Shown: in pieces, positions 37,471 to 48,494 of the stretch
How positions within the stretch are numbered: position 1 is the stretch's first letter
Layout: each line of letters opens with the position of its first letter
Source of the DNA: a virus
Length of the DNA: 64,000 nucleotides
Virus record (IMG/VR): IMGVR_UViG_3300035180_002250
Coordinates: 67,685-131,684 of that record
Strand: one strand, 5' to 3'
The notes under the pieces: model-generated
Seen by the model: the letters and a program-made list of their open reading frames with translations, nothing else
The model's database searches: none
What the model was told of the DNA's origin: nothing
Translations under genes and position numbers: made by a program

Positions 37471-40400
37471 CTATCGCTCACCATCATACACATTAGTTAC
37501 AGGGGCAGTTCCAGCTTTATGCGCATTTTTACCTTCGTTCACTTCTTTTAATACTCCTGTCAACCCCTGTAACGTTGTATTTAAATTTGATAAGGTACTC
37601 AAAAGCATGTCATTACTTTTACTTTGTGCTTGCGTATTATTATCCGACTGTGAATCTACAGGCCCCGCCAGTCCTGGTGCATTAATACCCATTGATGTAA
37701 ACACATCTCCCAATGATGTAGATAACTTAGAACCAGATATCCCATAATTGGATAACAACTTTACCAACTCAGAACGATTTCCTTTCGACCCAAGAATCCC
37801 TGACAATATTTGTTTCGATGTCGGATCTGTTATCTTACCGCTGCTCAATAAGCTGTTCATCATATCTTCATTGCTGGATACATATTGAAACAGATCACCA
37901 CCTACCCCAAACAACTCAGGATTCTTGAAACGTAAGTATAGATTAGCATTGGATAACGTTTCCGCAGCTGCACTCGTGTTATACCCTCTCCTAACCTTCT
38001 GGTACATTAAATCCAGATTATTGAACCCACTCATACCCGAGCTGCGCAAATCTACACCTTTATTCTTTGCCATCTCAGAAATGCTATTAATATCTTCGCT
38101 ACCCCACCCGTTCCCTGCTAAAAACTTGGCAAACGCCCCAACACTACTAACATCTCCAGCACCAGCTCCCAGATAAGCCTTACCAAATTTTCCAATATGC
38201 TTCATCTTTTCTTCAGCATCAGGCCCATTTGCATCAACACCGTATAGCATGGATAGCATCGTGTATGCTTCAAGTGCATTAGAAGTAGGTTGATTGCGCA
38301 TCAACCCTAAAACATTGTTAATACCACTTGCTGGTAACAACTCTCCTGCATCTTTATAAAATGCATCTTTAGACTTAATATTTGAACTTTTATATAAATC
38401 CTTAACCCTTCCCAATTTATATTTATTTAATACTTTACCAATTTTATCACCTAAAATCGGGTCCGATTGTGCTTGTGTAAGCGTTGCTGATAGCATATTA
38501 TCAAACCCTGAGTGCATCGAAGCATTTGTAAATTTAGTAGCAAGTGTTCCTATTAGGTTTTCGATATCTTCAGGTGCATCTAAATTGTCTTTATTAGCCA
38601 GTAACAATTCCTTGAACCCTTGCATAGCTGGCTTCAAGTCCTCTGAAACTTCTGTACTCTTACCACCAAGTACATTATTAAAAACTTTGTCCATCATAGT
38701 AGACTTAGTAGTATAATTGAATTTATCGAGCAAATCGGAGTCAACCCCCTGTACCCCATGCAGTACACCAAGTGCCGGTGAAGCCCCTGCTTCTTTCTTA
38801 ACCAAACGTGCCTGCGTTCCCCTCACTTTACGTGAGTACATCGCATACAACTGGCCAACCGTCGTTATACCCTGTTCATTCCATTTATTTTGTGATATTG
38901 TTAGTGGGCTAAACAGGGCACTCAATGGAGTATTCGGGTTTGTTTTAAGAGCCCCAATAATTTTCTGTATGTTTCCCGCTCCAAGCGAAGACATAACTGC
39001 TAACACAGGGTCATTTGCAATTTCTGGGTTGGAGGCAATATTATCCTTGAGCATCTTGGCCCGGTACATAGTAGAGATATACGGGTTCTTACTTGCTTCA
39101 AAAGGCACACCTTTAGCGTAATCATTCCATGTACCTGGCATAAATTGATATAGCCCAGTAGCATTGGATGCTGGGTTAACTGCATTAGGGTTCATCGTAC
39201 TTTCAAAATTCGCAATCAACATCATTGTCTGTGGGTCAACCCCTGACTCATTAGAAGCTTTATTGATTGCATCAAGAATGCCTTTATCAACACCAGGCAT
39301 CGTGTAACCGCCTCCGGACAATGTAGAACCTGGCCTAGGTCCCGGCATCATAAAACTATTTGCATTCGATCCAAATGGATTCGTATCCCCTGCACCCATC
39401 CAGTTTTCAAACCTAGGATAATATTCTCCGAAATATTTACCTAACTTATCTTCTAGACCGAACTGGAATTGGCGAATTCCACGCTTCATGCGGGATTCAA
39501 GCGATCTACTCTGCAATTCCTGATTCATATAAGCAGCATATCGTTTTTCTGATTCAACCTTTGCCTGATAACTCTCCGCGTCCTTTAATCTTGGATCCGT
39601 CAGTTTCCTAAAATATATCCATTGTTGCTCTGGGTCCTGTATTCCAGAAGCAAACTGAATCCCCGTTCGAATTTGCCGCATTCGTAAACTTTCAGGGGAC
39701 TCACCACTTTTTCCAGTGATCATGGTTGCACCATACTTCTGGTAAACCTGACTCATGAAACTATCTTTTTCTTGTGGGCTCATCCCCTTGAATAAATCTT
39801 CAGTGGCCTGCTTTTTATAGGTTGAATATATCTGCCATGCCTCAGCAGGAGACGTTGTTTTGGACAACTCATTGTACCTCTCTGTACCAGACTTCAAAAT
39901 ATCGTTTGCACCGACATTTGGATTATTGATTAACTCCATCAATTTACCCCTGTCAAGCGCCCCACCAGGCCCTCTGGCTGACATTAACAGCATAGACATA
40001 AAAGGAGACATGGACACATTGGCTGTGGCTCCAGTGGTCTGCTGAGTTATCCCTGAGATACCACCATTTCTGGCAACCACACTCGGGGATACCAACCCTA
40101 GCCTCTGCATCATTGTATAAGACGCCGCATTACTAATACCCTCCATAGACCCTATGTATGGAGTAAGCCCGGCACTTGAGTATAACAATGCTCCTTGCTG
40201 CCCATAAGTGTTCACCATCTCAGAATGCTGTATACCAAGCATCCTTGCTGCCATTCTCTCCTGGCTCACCACATTTATCATATTCTCAGGGGCAACACCC
40301 ATTCTCATTAATCTTGACATAGTACCCTGGATAGCCTTAGGATCAGCTGTCTCCAACATTTCCATCATTACTTTAAAATTGTTAACCAGTACCTTTAATT

Positions 40401-41091
40401 TGGAAATGTATTGACCACTGCTTGTCGAATAATCAAACATCCCACCTTCTACACCAAGATTCATAATTTGACGATAATCTTTATCCTTCAATAGCGTATC
40501 AGATGATGACAACTGCCGAATAACCCGGTCTATCCTTCCTGCACTTGAAGTTGAAAACCCTTGTCCAAGTGCAGTATCAACATCTGGTCCTGCAACAATC
40601 TTGCTCATGGTCAACTGTTGTAACATTCTAGTTTGACGAATACGATCTGCAATAGGCGACGTAATCCCAGGCATAACCGCACCAATAGCCAATCCTGCTA
40701 CACCACCTAGCAAACCACCATGTGTTAAGCCTAACGCCCCCATACCTAATGCAGTTACCGCAGATGTTATAGCTGTGTCCACTAAAGATGTTGTTAACGT
40801 CGCTACAGCATCGGATACTTTACGTCTGGCCTGGATAATATTTTTATGGGAATCTGCACCCATTACATAACTATCTACAATATTAGCCCCAGGCATCGCC
40901 TGATACCCTATTAATGCAGACTGAAGTAGCCCTGGCCTTGTTGCTTGGTAGTTTCTGGAAATGTCAGGTGACTGCCTGTATGCACCTAATTGTGGTTGTG
41001 TCAGATACCCGGAATTCGGGAAATATTGCATTCCTCTATCCGTATAAAAACTTGTTTGTAAAAATGACCCACCATCAAAACGTGTATCCAT
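37471..41091 (-). CDS. Tape measure protein with lytic transglycosylase domain
   Basis: 1206 aa, Gly/Ala/Met-rich with an N-terminal hydrophobic segment; IANFESTMNPNAVN..ATGLYQFMPGTW SLT motif; preceded by G/GT chaperones. Confidence 0.8.
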   Translation of the reverse strand: MDTRFDGGSFLQTSFYTDRGMQYFPNSGYLTQPQLGAYRQSPDISRNYQATRPGLLQSALIGYQAMPGANIVDSYVMGADSHKNIIQARRKVSDAVATLTTSLVDTAITSAVTALGMGALGLTHGGLLGGVAGLAIGAVMPGITSPIADRIRQTRMLQQLTMSKIVAGPDVDTALGQGFSTSSAGRIDRVIRQLSSSDTLLKDKDYRQIMNLGVEGGMFDYSTSSGQYISKLKVLVNNFKVMMEMLETADPKAIQGTMSRLMRMGVAPENMINVVSQERMAARMLGIQHSEMVNTYGQQGALLYSSAGLTPYIGSMEGISNAASYTMMQRLGLVSPSVVARNGGISGITQQTTGATANVSMSPFMSMLLMSARGPGGALDRGKLMELINNPNVGANDILKSGTERYNELSKTTSPAEAWQIYSTYKKQATEDLFKGMSPQEKDSFMSQVYQKYGATMITGKSGESPESLRMRQIRTGIQFASGIQDPEQQWIYFRKLTDPRLKDAESYQAKVESEKRYAAYMNQELQSRSLESRMKRGIRQFQFGLEDKLGKYFGEYYPRFENWMGAGDTNPFGSNANSFMMPGPRPGSTLSGGGYTMPGVDKGILDAINKASNESGVDPQTMMLIANFESTMNPNAVNPASNATGLYQFMPGTWNDYAKGVPFEASKNPYISTMYRAKMLKDNIASNPEIANDPVLAVMSSLGAGNIQKIIGALKTNPNTPLSALFSPLTISQNKWNEQGITTVGQLYAMYSRKVRGTQARLVKKEAGASPALGVLHGVQGVDSDLLDKFNYTTKSTMMDKVFNNVLGGKSTEVSEDLKPAMQGFKELLLANKDNLDAPEDIENLIGTLATKFTNASMHSGFDNMLSATLTQAQSDPILGDKIGKVLNKYKLGRVKDLYKSSNIKSKDAFYKDAGELLPASGINNVLGLMRNQPTSNALEAYTMLSMLYGVDANGPDAEEKMKHIGKFGKAYLGAGAGDVSSVGAFAKFLAGNGWGSEDINSISEMAKNKGVDLRSSGMSGFNNLDLMYQKVRRGYNTSAAAETLSNANLYLRFKNPELFGVGGDLFQYVSSNEDMMNSLLSSGKITDPTSKQILSGILGSKGNRSELVKLLSNYGISGSKLSTSLGDVFTSMGINAPGLAGPVDSQSDNNTQAQSKSNDMLLSTLSNLNTTLQGLTGVLKEVNEGKNAHKAGTAPVTNVYDGER

Positions 41092-41552
41092 TAGGCAGTT
41101 TCCCGTTTCACTTCATTAATTAATTCTTGGAACGACTTAAAAACTTTAGGTTTCCCAGTGGTAGAATCAACCAATAAATTTGCCAGATTATTTATGTTAC
41201 TCTTAGTAAAAACATTGGTTTTCTTCATCTCTGTAAAATTATTATCTGTATTCTTACCCTCTGTTTTATCTTCAATTTCTGATAACTGCTCAAATGAACT
41301 CGTAAAAATTGAATTAGTACTATCAACCATCTTTTCAATATCTTTAGTAAACTTACTCCTATACTCATTACTAACAGGTACAGAGTAAGCTGTGCATACT
41401 AAAATATTTTTCAGTTGTGAAAAATACGAAGAACAAATTTTTAATAATCGATCTTCCTCTTTAACCAAATCTAATAGTATTAAAGAATACTCAATGGAAG
41501 ATGCCGAATAATTAACCCCAGCAGAGCGTAATAACTTTGCCCTTAATTTCCC
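41091..41552 (-). CDS. Tail assembly chaperone, frameshifted (GT) extension
   Basis: The -1 frame is open from the slippery site GGGAAAT into the 125-aa ORF (..LLDLVKEEDR..). Confidence 0.7.
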   Translation of the reverse strand, partial: GKLRAKLLRSAGVNYSASSIEYSLILLDLVKEEDRLLKICSSYFSQLKNILVCTAYSVPVSNEYRSKFTKDIEKMVDSTNSIFTSSFEQLSEIEDKTEGKNTDNNFTEMKKTNVFTKSNINNLANLLVDSTTGKPKVFKSFQELINEVKRETA

Positions 41553-42307
41553 TGCTGGGGTTTTGTAAAATTTTCAATACACCATTGACTTGTTGCTACT
41601 CCGATAACTCTGTCAAAAATAGCCAATTGCCGTATCAAATGTGCGACCACAATAAAAGGTAAACCTTTTATAAAATCCAATACTGTAGTAAAAGAGTTTT
41701 CATCCTTAACAACAAATTTATTGGTGTCATATTGAATCAGAGCTCCTGCCAAATTATACTTGGCAACAATGTCGTTAAACGCCACAATTGTTTTTGGTGG
41801 AGACTCTTCCAATCGTGAAAATAGGATATCATTGATAAAATAGGGCCTAATGCGAAATACCACATTAATCTTACTAAATAATTTAAACGACCACAAAACA
41901 TCACCCTTTGTCAAAAGAGTATCAAGAACAGAAAATATCTGATCCTGGGTAATTCCAAATTTACTTAAATAATCCAAATAATCCTTTATCTCAGATTGTG
42001 GAATATCAATAAGATTATCTATGGAAGCTGATTTAAACCCATCAGGAACATCTTGTATCTGCTCTATTGCTGCATCATCCATAAGTGGATGTGTAGTAAT
42101 ATCCTTCATATCCAACTTTGAAGTTGGTACATTATTAATGATCGTTTCTTTAGTAGAATTTATAGTATTGTTTTCCGGAGAAACGCTCAATGTACCTACT
42201 TGGCTTACTGGCCTACGAAACGACGTTACACTGGGTTCTTTTGGTTCTTTTAGGTCTTTTGGTTCCTTTGATTCTTTTACTTCTCTTGAGTCTTTTGTTA
42301 CTTGCAT
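41543..42307 (-). CDS. Tail assembly chaperone (G)
   Basis: Ends ..CAG GGA AAT TAA with an X-XXY-YYZ slippery heptamer; upstream of tape measure. Confidence 0.7.
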   Translation of the reverse strand: MQVTKDSREVKESKEPKDLKEPKEPSVTSFRRPVSQVGTLSVSPENNTINSTKETIINNVPTSKLDMKDITTHPLMDDAAIEQIQDVPDGFKSASIDNLIDIPQSEIKDYLDYLSKFGITQDQIFSVLDTLLTKGDVLWSFKLFSKINVVFRIRPYFINDILFSRLEESPPKTIVAFNDIVAKYNLAGALIQYDTNKFVVKDENSFTTVLDFIKGLPFIVVAHLIRQLAIFDRVIGVATSQWCIENFTKPQQGN

Positions 42308-42349
42308 TCTCAGAATCTCCCTTTTTGGTAATATTTATAAATGGTTAGA

Positions 42350-43108
42350 TCACACTTTAACCCCCCCAGTAAATTTCAACCCCTCTGCTATTGTAGTTCG
42401 TATATTATTTATACTAGTAAGAGTTGATTTAACTGCACTTCTTTTAACATCATCAACTATATTAGCAGACGAAGACACAATGTCTTTTGGAGTACCATCA
42501 TTATTTAACCGTAAATCTTCATAATGCTGATTTATATCAATTATATACTGGTCAATCTCATTACATGCCCCTTGAACACAATTAATCAAGGCATCCGCTG
42601 TCTTTAAAGCCGAAGTAATTCCTGACCTATTTAACATTTTACTATATGAGCTTGATAAAGCGTCCAGCTTACCTATTATATGCTTATTAATTGAAGTATT
42701 TAATAGTGAAGCTGCACCTCTGTAAAGCACATTTCCAATATATTTTTTAAACATATTAGGTGTATCTAAAAATTTACTTGAAGAACTAAAAGCATTTATT
42801 GCATCTTGCATTACCTTCTTTTCACTAGCTGAAAATATTCCAGGGCAGTTCATCAAATTCTCCAAAACACCTGCAGCATACCCCAAGTCAAACATAGGAT
42901 TCTTATACTCATCAGGTATAGCAACAGCAGCAGCAATGGAATTAAGCTCACTGTTCAATTCTTGTAGTACGCTTGTTTCCACTGAATTAACCATGTAATC
43001 TACCATCCTCAAATAATTAAGAGGAAGTTTAACAGCGCTATTAAGCATCTTCATTACACTATGTAACTTATTTGCTACAATATCACATTGTATAGTTGGA
43101 TTTGACAT
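42350..43108 (-). CDS. Hypothetical protein
   Basis: 252-aa ORF in the tail operon. Confidence 0.6.
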   Translation of the reverse strand: MSNPTIQCDIVANKLHSVMKMLNSAVKLPLNYLRMVDYMVNSVETSVLQELNSELNSIAAAVAIPDEYKNPMFDLGYAAGVLENLMNCPGIFSASEKKVMQDAINAFSSSSKFLDTPNMFKKYIGNVLYRGAASLLNTSINKHIIGKLDALSSSYSKMLNRSGITSALKTADALINCVQGACNEIDQYIIDINQHYEDLRLNNDGTPKDIVSSSANIVDDVKRSAVKSTLTSINNIRTTIAEGLKFTGGVKV

Positions 43109-43110
43109 AG

Positions 43111-44337
43111 TTAATTTAAATATATTTTAGTAGCTGTAATATGTAACTCATCCTCAGCCTGTATATTCATATCACCCGCAGACCCCAAAGATACTGAATC
43201 CATAGAAGCCATATCAAACGACCCTGTTACTGATATAGATGCATCCCCAGATATAACCTGTTTTAAATCCTCAATTATATTAATTGTCTTTGATTTAGTA
43301 ATAGTGTCGGTAGAGTCCTCACCAACCATTTTTGTTTCAGATTTTTTCACAACAACCTGTTTATCTTTAGTTGTAAATTCTCCATATGTCCCATCAGTTG
43401 CTACCGTTCGATCACCACCAATATGTTTCCTATCATCACCCTTTGTCTTAATAATTAAATTACCATTAATATCTACCATTAACAGAGCGTAAGACTCATT
43501 ATCAGAGCTGCTAACCCGTAAATACAATCTGGAATCTTCTTCTTTCAAATTTTGTACTGGGTGTGTTTTATATGGGGGATCTGGTACTTTATATTTATCT
43601 TGTTCATCTTCTCCACTGCTAAAATGCCCAACCCATGCTTGCACTGTCCAACATTTCTTTTCAGGTGATGTCTCTTCTTTAAAACTACCACCACCAAATA
43701 ATTTTAAAAAAGTTTTACCATCTTTATTCGACCCTATTATTAATTCTCCAAAATCTGAAAATAATTGAAACGTTCTTGAAACCAACCTAGCCATACTTTT
43801 ATACTTAAATAATAATAACTGTGATAATGCAGATGCTTTTAATCGTGCAACACCACCTTTTAATAGGTGCAGGCCAACACCTGATTCATTTTGAATAACC
43901 TTATCACCGGGTAAATAATCATTAGGACGATTATTCTGATAGGATTTTAAAACTTTATTTTCATTTGCATATGTATCTTCATCAGCTCCACCGAATGTAC
44001 CATCTGTTACCGGCTGTTGCATATCATTGGATATACTTTTACTATTTGATAAATTTGGTACAGTCCCCAATGCAAAGTTTTGTGCACCAACATTAATAAT
44101 CAATACATACGATGCACGATAATTCTGAACCCAAGTTACATCCTGCAGATGCTGTGATCCAAATAAATTTAACACTGGAACACCAAGTAAAACACCGTAC
44201 CCATCTATGCTTACATCTATAGTATATGTAGCTGGGTTTACATCGATCACAAACCCAAGAAGCACTTTCGGTAGCAGCGTTTCCGGACCTAAAAAATTAT
44301 TTCCTGAATTTCTTTTGGAAAACATGAATTCATCCAA
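43111..44337 (-). CDS. Baseplate central spike (gp5/VgrG-like)
   Basis: OB-fold-like N-terminus (GFVIDVNP..VPVL); C-terminal 8-residue beta-helix repeats (ETKMVGED STDTITKS KTINIIED LKQVISGD); ends KIYLN. Confidence 0.7.
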   Translation of the reverse strand: MDEFMFSKRNSGNNFLGPETLLPKVLLGFVIDVNPATYTIDVSIDGYGVLLGVPVLNLFGSQHLQDVTWVQNYRASYVLIINVGAQNFALGTVPNLSNSKSISNDMQQPVTDGTFGGADEDTYANENKVLKSYQNNRPNDYLPGDKVIQNESGVGLHLLKGGVARLKASALSQLLLFKYKSMARLVSRTFQLFSDFGELIIGSNKDGKTFLKLFGGGSFKEETSPEKKCWTVQAWVGHFSSGEDEQDKYKVPDPPYKTHPVQNLKEEDSRLYLRVSSSDNESYALLMVDINGNLIIKTKGDDRKHIGGDRTVATDGTYGEFTTKDKQVVVKKSETKMVGEDSTDTITKSKTINIIEDLKQVISGDASISVTGSFDMASMDSVSLGSAGDMNIQAEDELHITATKIYLN

Positions 44338-44425
44338 TAAATCAAATTATACATTTCAATATATTATAAAAATCACTTAAATTATTAAATAATGACTATT
44401 TGGGGGGTGTATGTTTAATATAAAA

Positions 44426-44471
44426 TAAAAAACCACCCATGCTTAAAAAAGGATAAAAAATGCATGGGTGG
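44426..44471 (-). terminator. Terminator after tail tube gene
   Basis: CCACCCATGC / GCATGGGTGG stem with a T-run on the minus strand. Confidence 0.6.
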
Positions 44472-44523
44472 CCTAAACTTACCAAAAATATATTTAAATA
44501 TATTATCTACATATTCCTATGTA

Positions 44524-45225
44524 TTAGGTAAAAGCTGCAAGCGGGTTTGCATTAGTATAAGAAAGAGCGTTTGAATAAGTAGCCCATGTCATAACTCTGT
44601 CAGCTATAAAACTTACATTTTCCAAAATCATAGTTTCCCCTGAAGTGATCATATTACGTTTACCCTGTAATACACAACTTTCAATATACTCAGCACCTAA
44701 TGATGCCCCACTACTACCGACAATACGACTACCTGGAGAGTTATAAATAACTCCGAGACCAAATGGAATCCTAAAAATATCCTCTTCGATATTGGTAAAC
44801 CAAGTACCATCATTCTTCTCATTTCCAGACCATCGTTTAATACTCTCAGACATAGTGCTTAAATCTACCCTAGAATATAGCACTCGTACCAAGTTGGCCC
44901 CTAAAATCATCATTCTAGTAATTGAGCCAGTAACAGGAGAATTTGTTTTTGAAAATATATGTCTTCTCGAACCAATTGCTTTGATTGGGTGTACTGTGCT
45001 AGTCTCATCATAATTCAAAGAATTTAAAAATCCAATAATCGTAAATTCACCATCTGCAGCCCCGGCTAACCTTGGTGGACCGACAACTAATAATGAATCA
45101 TCAGGGTGAGCCAGTGTTAGCATTGATTGGTCATGAGAATATTCGACCTGTTGATCCCCATATTGTTCTAACCAAGAAGCTAGTGAGGAAACTGGAGTTT
45201 GCACACCATTAACAATATTATACAT
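44524..45225 (-). CDS. Putative tail tube protein
   Basis: Directly after sheath; AIGSRR..GSITRM..ENVSF.ADR pattern. Confidence 0.65.
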   Translation of the reverse strand: MYNIVNGVQTPVSSLASWLEQYGDQQVEYSHDQSMLTLAHPDDSLLVVGPPRLAGAADGEFTIIGFLNSLNYDETSTVHPIKAIGSRRHIFSKTNSPVTGSITRMMILGANLVRVLYSRVDLSTMSESIKRWSGNEKNDGTWFTNIEEDIFRIPFGLGVIYNSPGSRIVGSSGASLGAEYIESCVLQGKRNMITSGETMILENVSFIADRVMTWATYSNALSYTNANPLAAFT

Positions 45226-45251
45226 TAATTATCTCCTATATCATATAGTTA

Positions 45252-47819
45252 TTACTGGCTAACAATATGTAACCCAATATAATTCATAACATACGGGAAA
45301 AGAACGTTTACAACAATTTCAACATTGTCACGTTGATCATTAGACTGAGTTATTGAAACAATATTGTAATCAATAATGGCTGACCCAATTACCGGCTGAT
45401 TATTTAACTTCATATTGTCCAAGTTGGCCCGTATTACAGTACCCAATAGTAATAAATTCTTTTGTGTGATATTATATTTTCCAATAAAATTATCCAAGGC
45501 ACTTCGTAATATTATTGAAACATAATCAAAATTCTTAACAAAGGATAATTCTCTAAACTCAATAGTATCAGTATTAGTCGTTAACTGGTGTCGTACCATG
45601 GGAGTTGCCCCATAATTTTGCGTTAAAATGCATGTACCACCAGAAGCAATTAAATCTAAATCATAAATCGTAAATCCATCTACCCCTATTAACTTCTCTA
45701 TACCAGCTACACTTTGTCTAGTTAAACTCTGCTGACTCGGTAGTTGTCCAATAAGACCACCTATAGCAGCAGACAAATAATACCCAGGCAAAGTTACACC
45801 TGTGAACCCTGTAACTTCACATTTGGATGGCCAAATATTAATCATATTTGCTCTTGTAGATGTAGCTAAACTGGTACTTAAATCTTTATATTTATTAGCT
45901 AAATCAGTATGTGACAATTTATGAATAATTGTATACTGGTACACAGTATCAGTTGTAAAAACTATCGGAGTGTGTGTTACAACTACTTTAGCTGCATATG
46001 CACCACCTAGGTAGCTGGATGAACAAAATTTTACTACGTCACCTACTTCATTAGTACCATCATTTTTTAAAACAAACAGTAGATTTGAAGTAGTTACATC
46101 ATACCCAGGTGAAGCTACTATTTCGTTAATGATCGTTTTAATATCTGCTGAAGATAATGTATTATACGCAACCCCACCTGATGGTACAGTCCATGTTACT
46201 GATGATGTAGTAAGGTGAAGTGCATTCAACTCAGATAGACTACTCGGGTACTCTAACGTATTACTTGGTAATACCCCATATATTTTAACTTTTGTTTCAG
46301 TATGAACAGAAGCGTATAAAGATAGCTGTAAATAGGCTGTAGATATAGTAGTATCTTTTGGAATTCCTACTGGATCAAGCATTACGTAGGAATCAAACGT
46401 ACTCGTATCATCTATACCAACCTGAATAAAAGCTGAGGTACTATCAAGTTCCTCTACCCCACTGGTCCCAAACCCATCATACTCTGGGGGTAAACACTGC
46501 TTAGTAAGGGTAACAGCATCTTTTACAATTGAAAATGGCCTATACTCAGCAGTAGTAACTATATTATTTGATAAGACTTTATTTACGTTAAATATATATT
46601 GTAACCCAGATAAATCATACAACACAATCTCATCGGAAGAAGCTACACCCTTATCTAAGAAACCATCATTAGCCCCAGCTACTAACGTATTTAAAATATT
46701 ATTTATATCCTTCTGTAAAGTACATGTTCCAGAAGTTTTAACAATCTTTTCTCCATCATTATTAAATGTATCTACTAAGCCAGATCCTAGGCATATTCTA
46801 GGTTGAGACTTCAAATAATTAGACATTTCAACACAATGATTTTTAAACAGTGTTAAAACTGAAACATCTTGTGTCAATGGAATTATTGTATATACATTAC
46901 TATCCAATGATAAGGCACTAATCGCTTCCTCCCAACTACTTAGAGTGTCATCAACAGTAGCAAATACTTTCACAGGCGTTTTTGCCATATTTGCTAGCAC
47001 AACAGAAACAGCCAAAGATAATGGGTTTTCTATAGTTGCTTCACCTAAATAGGAAGTATTTTCAACTACATCTTGTATCACGGCTAACTTATTCTTTGCT
47101 ATTTCACGTGCTTTATACCCTACATATATTTTAAAATTGATTAATTTACAAAAAGTTCCATTTAGTTTTACATAGATTTCACCAATAGTGAAAACATTAC
47201 TACTAACATTGATAGTAAATAAGTTACAGGAATATATAACTGAGTTATTAGGATTTGTTGTAGAAACAACAGTGTTTACCCCAGTGCCATTTTTTCTAAG
47301 AATGAATGAGTCTACATGGCGATATACATCAATAGTAAACGACCCAGTTAAGCTACCAGTATAAGCTACATTCATCGTAGCAGTCTTATTAGAATAAGAA
47401 ACTTCTACTACTCTTGCTGTATGTAACACAACACTTGTTGAAGCATTCTTTAAAACAACATCATCACCAATAATTATTTCAGTAGTATCTAAATCATCAA
47501 AAGTAATTACTGCCCCATTGTAAATAAGTGCTTTTACACTTTTATCTTTCTTATATAATGCTTTAGGATCCCCTGCGATATGTACGTACATGGAATCAGG
47601 GTCAATTAATATACCAGATTTCAGCGATGGAAAAACCGTATTTTCCAATGATGCACCATCAAAATACTCTTTAACATATGATTCTTCAGAGCATGATACA
47701 CCATCTACTACGTGATAACACGGCCCAATTAAACAAGGTATGAAGTCTGTACTCTCTGCAGTCGAAGACGATTTCTCATATTCCTGATATACCATTACTC
47801 TAGGAGAAATGTATGACAT
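45252..47819 (-). CDS. Tail sheath protein
   Basis: SYISPRVMV N-terminus; PGYYLSAAIGG; VRHQLTT..ELSFVKNFDYV..FIGKYNI; FPYVMNYI C-terminus. Confidence 0.8.
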   Translation of the reverse strand: MSYISPRVMVYQEYEKSSSTAESTDFIPCLIGPCYHVVDGVSCSEESYVKEYFDGASLENTVFPSLKSGILIDPDSMYVHIAGDPKALYKKDKSVKALIYNGAVITFDDLDTTEIIIGDDVVLKNASTSVVLHTARVVEVSYSNKTATMNVAYTGSLTGSFTIDVYRHVDSFILRKNGTGVNTVVSTTNPNNSVIYSCNLFTINVSSNVFTIGEIYVKLNGTFCKLINFKIYVGYKAREIAKNKLAVIQDVVENTSYLGEATIENPLSLAVSVVLANMAKTPVKVFATVDDTLSSWEEAISALSLDSNVYTIIPLTQDVSVLTLFKNHCVEMSNYLKSQPRICLGSGLVDTFNNDGEKIVKTSGTCTLQKDINNILNTLVAGANDGFLDKGVASSDEIVLYDLSGLQYIFNVNKVLSNNIVTTAEYRPFSIVKDAVTLTKQCLPPEYDGFGTSGVEELDSTSAFIQVGIDDTSTFDSYVMLDPVGIPKDTTISTAYLQLSLYASVHTETKVKIYGVLPSNTLEYPSSLSELNALHLTTSSVTWTVPSGGVAYNTLSSADIKTIINEIVASPGYDVTTSNLLFVLKNDGTNEVGDVVKFCSSSYLGGAYAAKVVVTHTPIVFTTDTVYQYTIIHKLSHTDLANKYKDLSTSLATSTRANMINIWPSKCEVTGFTGVTLPGYYLSAAIGGLIGQLPSQQSLTRQSVAGIEKLIGVDGFTIYDLDLIASGGTCILTQNYGATPMVRHQLTTNTDTIEFRELSFVKNFDYVSIILRSALDNFIGKYNITQKNLLLLGTVIRANLDNMKLNNQPVIGSAIIDYNIVSITQSNDQRDNVEIVVNVLFPYVMNYIGLHIVSQ

Positions 47820-47854
47820 TTAAAAAACTCCTTTACTTTATGTTATTTATATAA

Positions 47855-48472
47855 TTAGGAAACCTTCACTTCCATCGGTTTACCATTTAATTCTAAGTTA
47901 ATTGTATTGAGTACCTCTTGTGTAATTAAATGAGTCCATACGTATTGCATTACATAGCTAAGTTGTATCTCCGAAACATACATAATTTCATCTTGCTTAA
48001 ACTTCTGTGTTTCCGAAGCTGTTATGCTTCTTACGCCATGTACTGCTGTCATAGCAGGTAATATTGTTCGTATCGCTACTAAACAGCTAAATATTTCATT
48101 TTTTAATATTTCAACTTCTATAAATCTTCTTGATAGAACTTTTAAAATTATTGAACTACCAACCATTGTGACTTTAGCTGAATTTTGTGTTTTATTTTCT
48201 TCCCAAGCTCTATCATTTATTACTATTGGGGAAGAACTAATCTCCCCTGTGTTATAAACTATTATTGGTCTATCACCGTATACTTTAGATTCCTTATTAT
48301 ATGCTGTATCAAAAACTATTTTAGTTGTATTTGGATCATCCGTCCACAAAAATTGGTAAGTTGAAACTTGATTTTGAAAGACCATCCGTAAATACTGATA
48401 AACGAGCTGTGTAACATGTAACGGTGTTGACCGTGGTATTAAATCATGCCCAGTAGGAAAAGATTTTAACAT
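47855..48472 (-). CDS. Putative neck/tail terminator protein
   Basis: Position between head-completion genes and sheath. Confidence 0.5.
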   Translation of the reverse strand: MLKSFPTGHDLIPRSTPLHVTQLVYQYLRMVFQNQVSTYQFLWTDDPNTTKIVFDTAYNKESKVYGDRPIIVYNTGEISSSPIVINDRAWEENKTQNSAKVTMVGSSIILKVLSRRFIEVEILKNEIFSCLVAIRTILPAMTAVHGVRSITASETQKFKQDEIMYVSEIQLSYVMQYVWTHLITQEVLNTINLELNGKPMEVKVS

Positions 48473-48494
48473 TATTTTTTATGTTCTTCATTGA

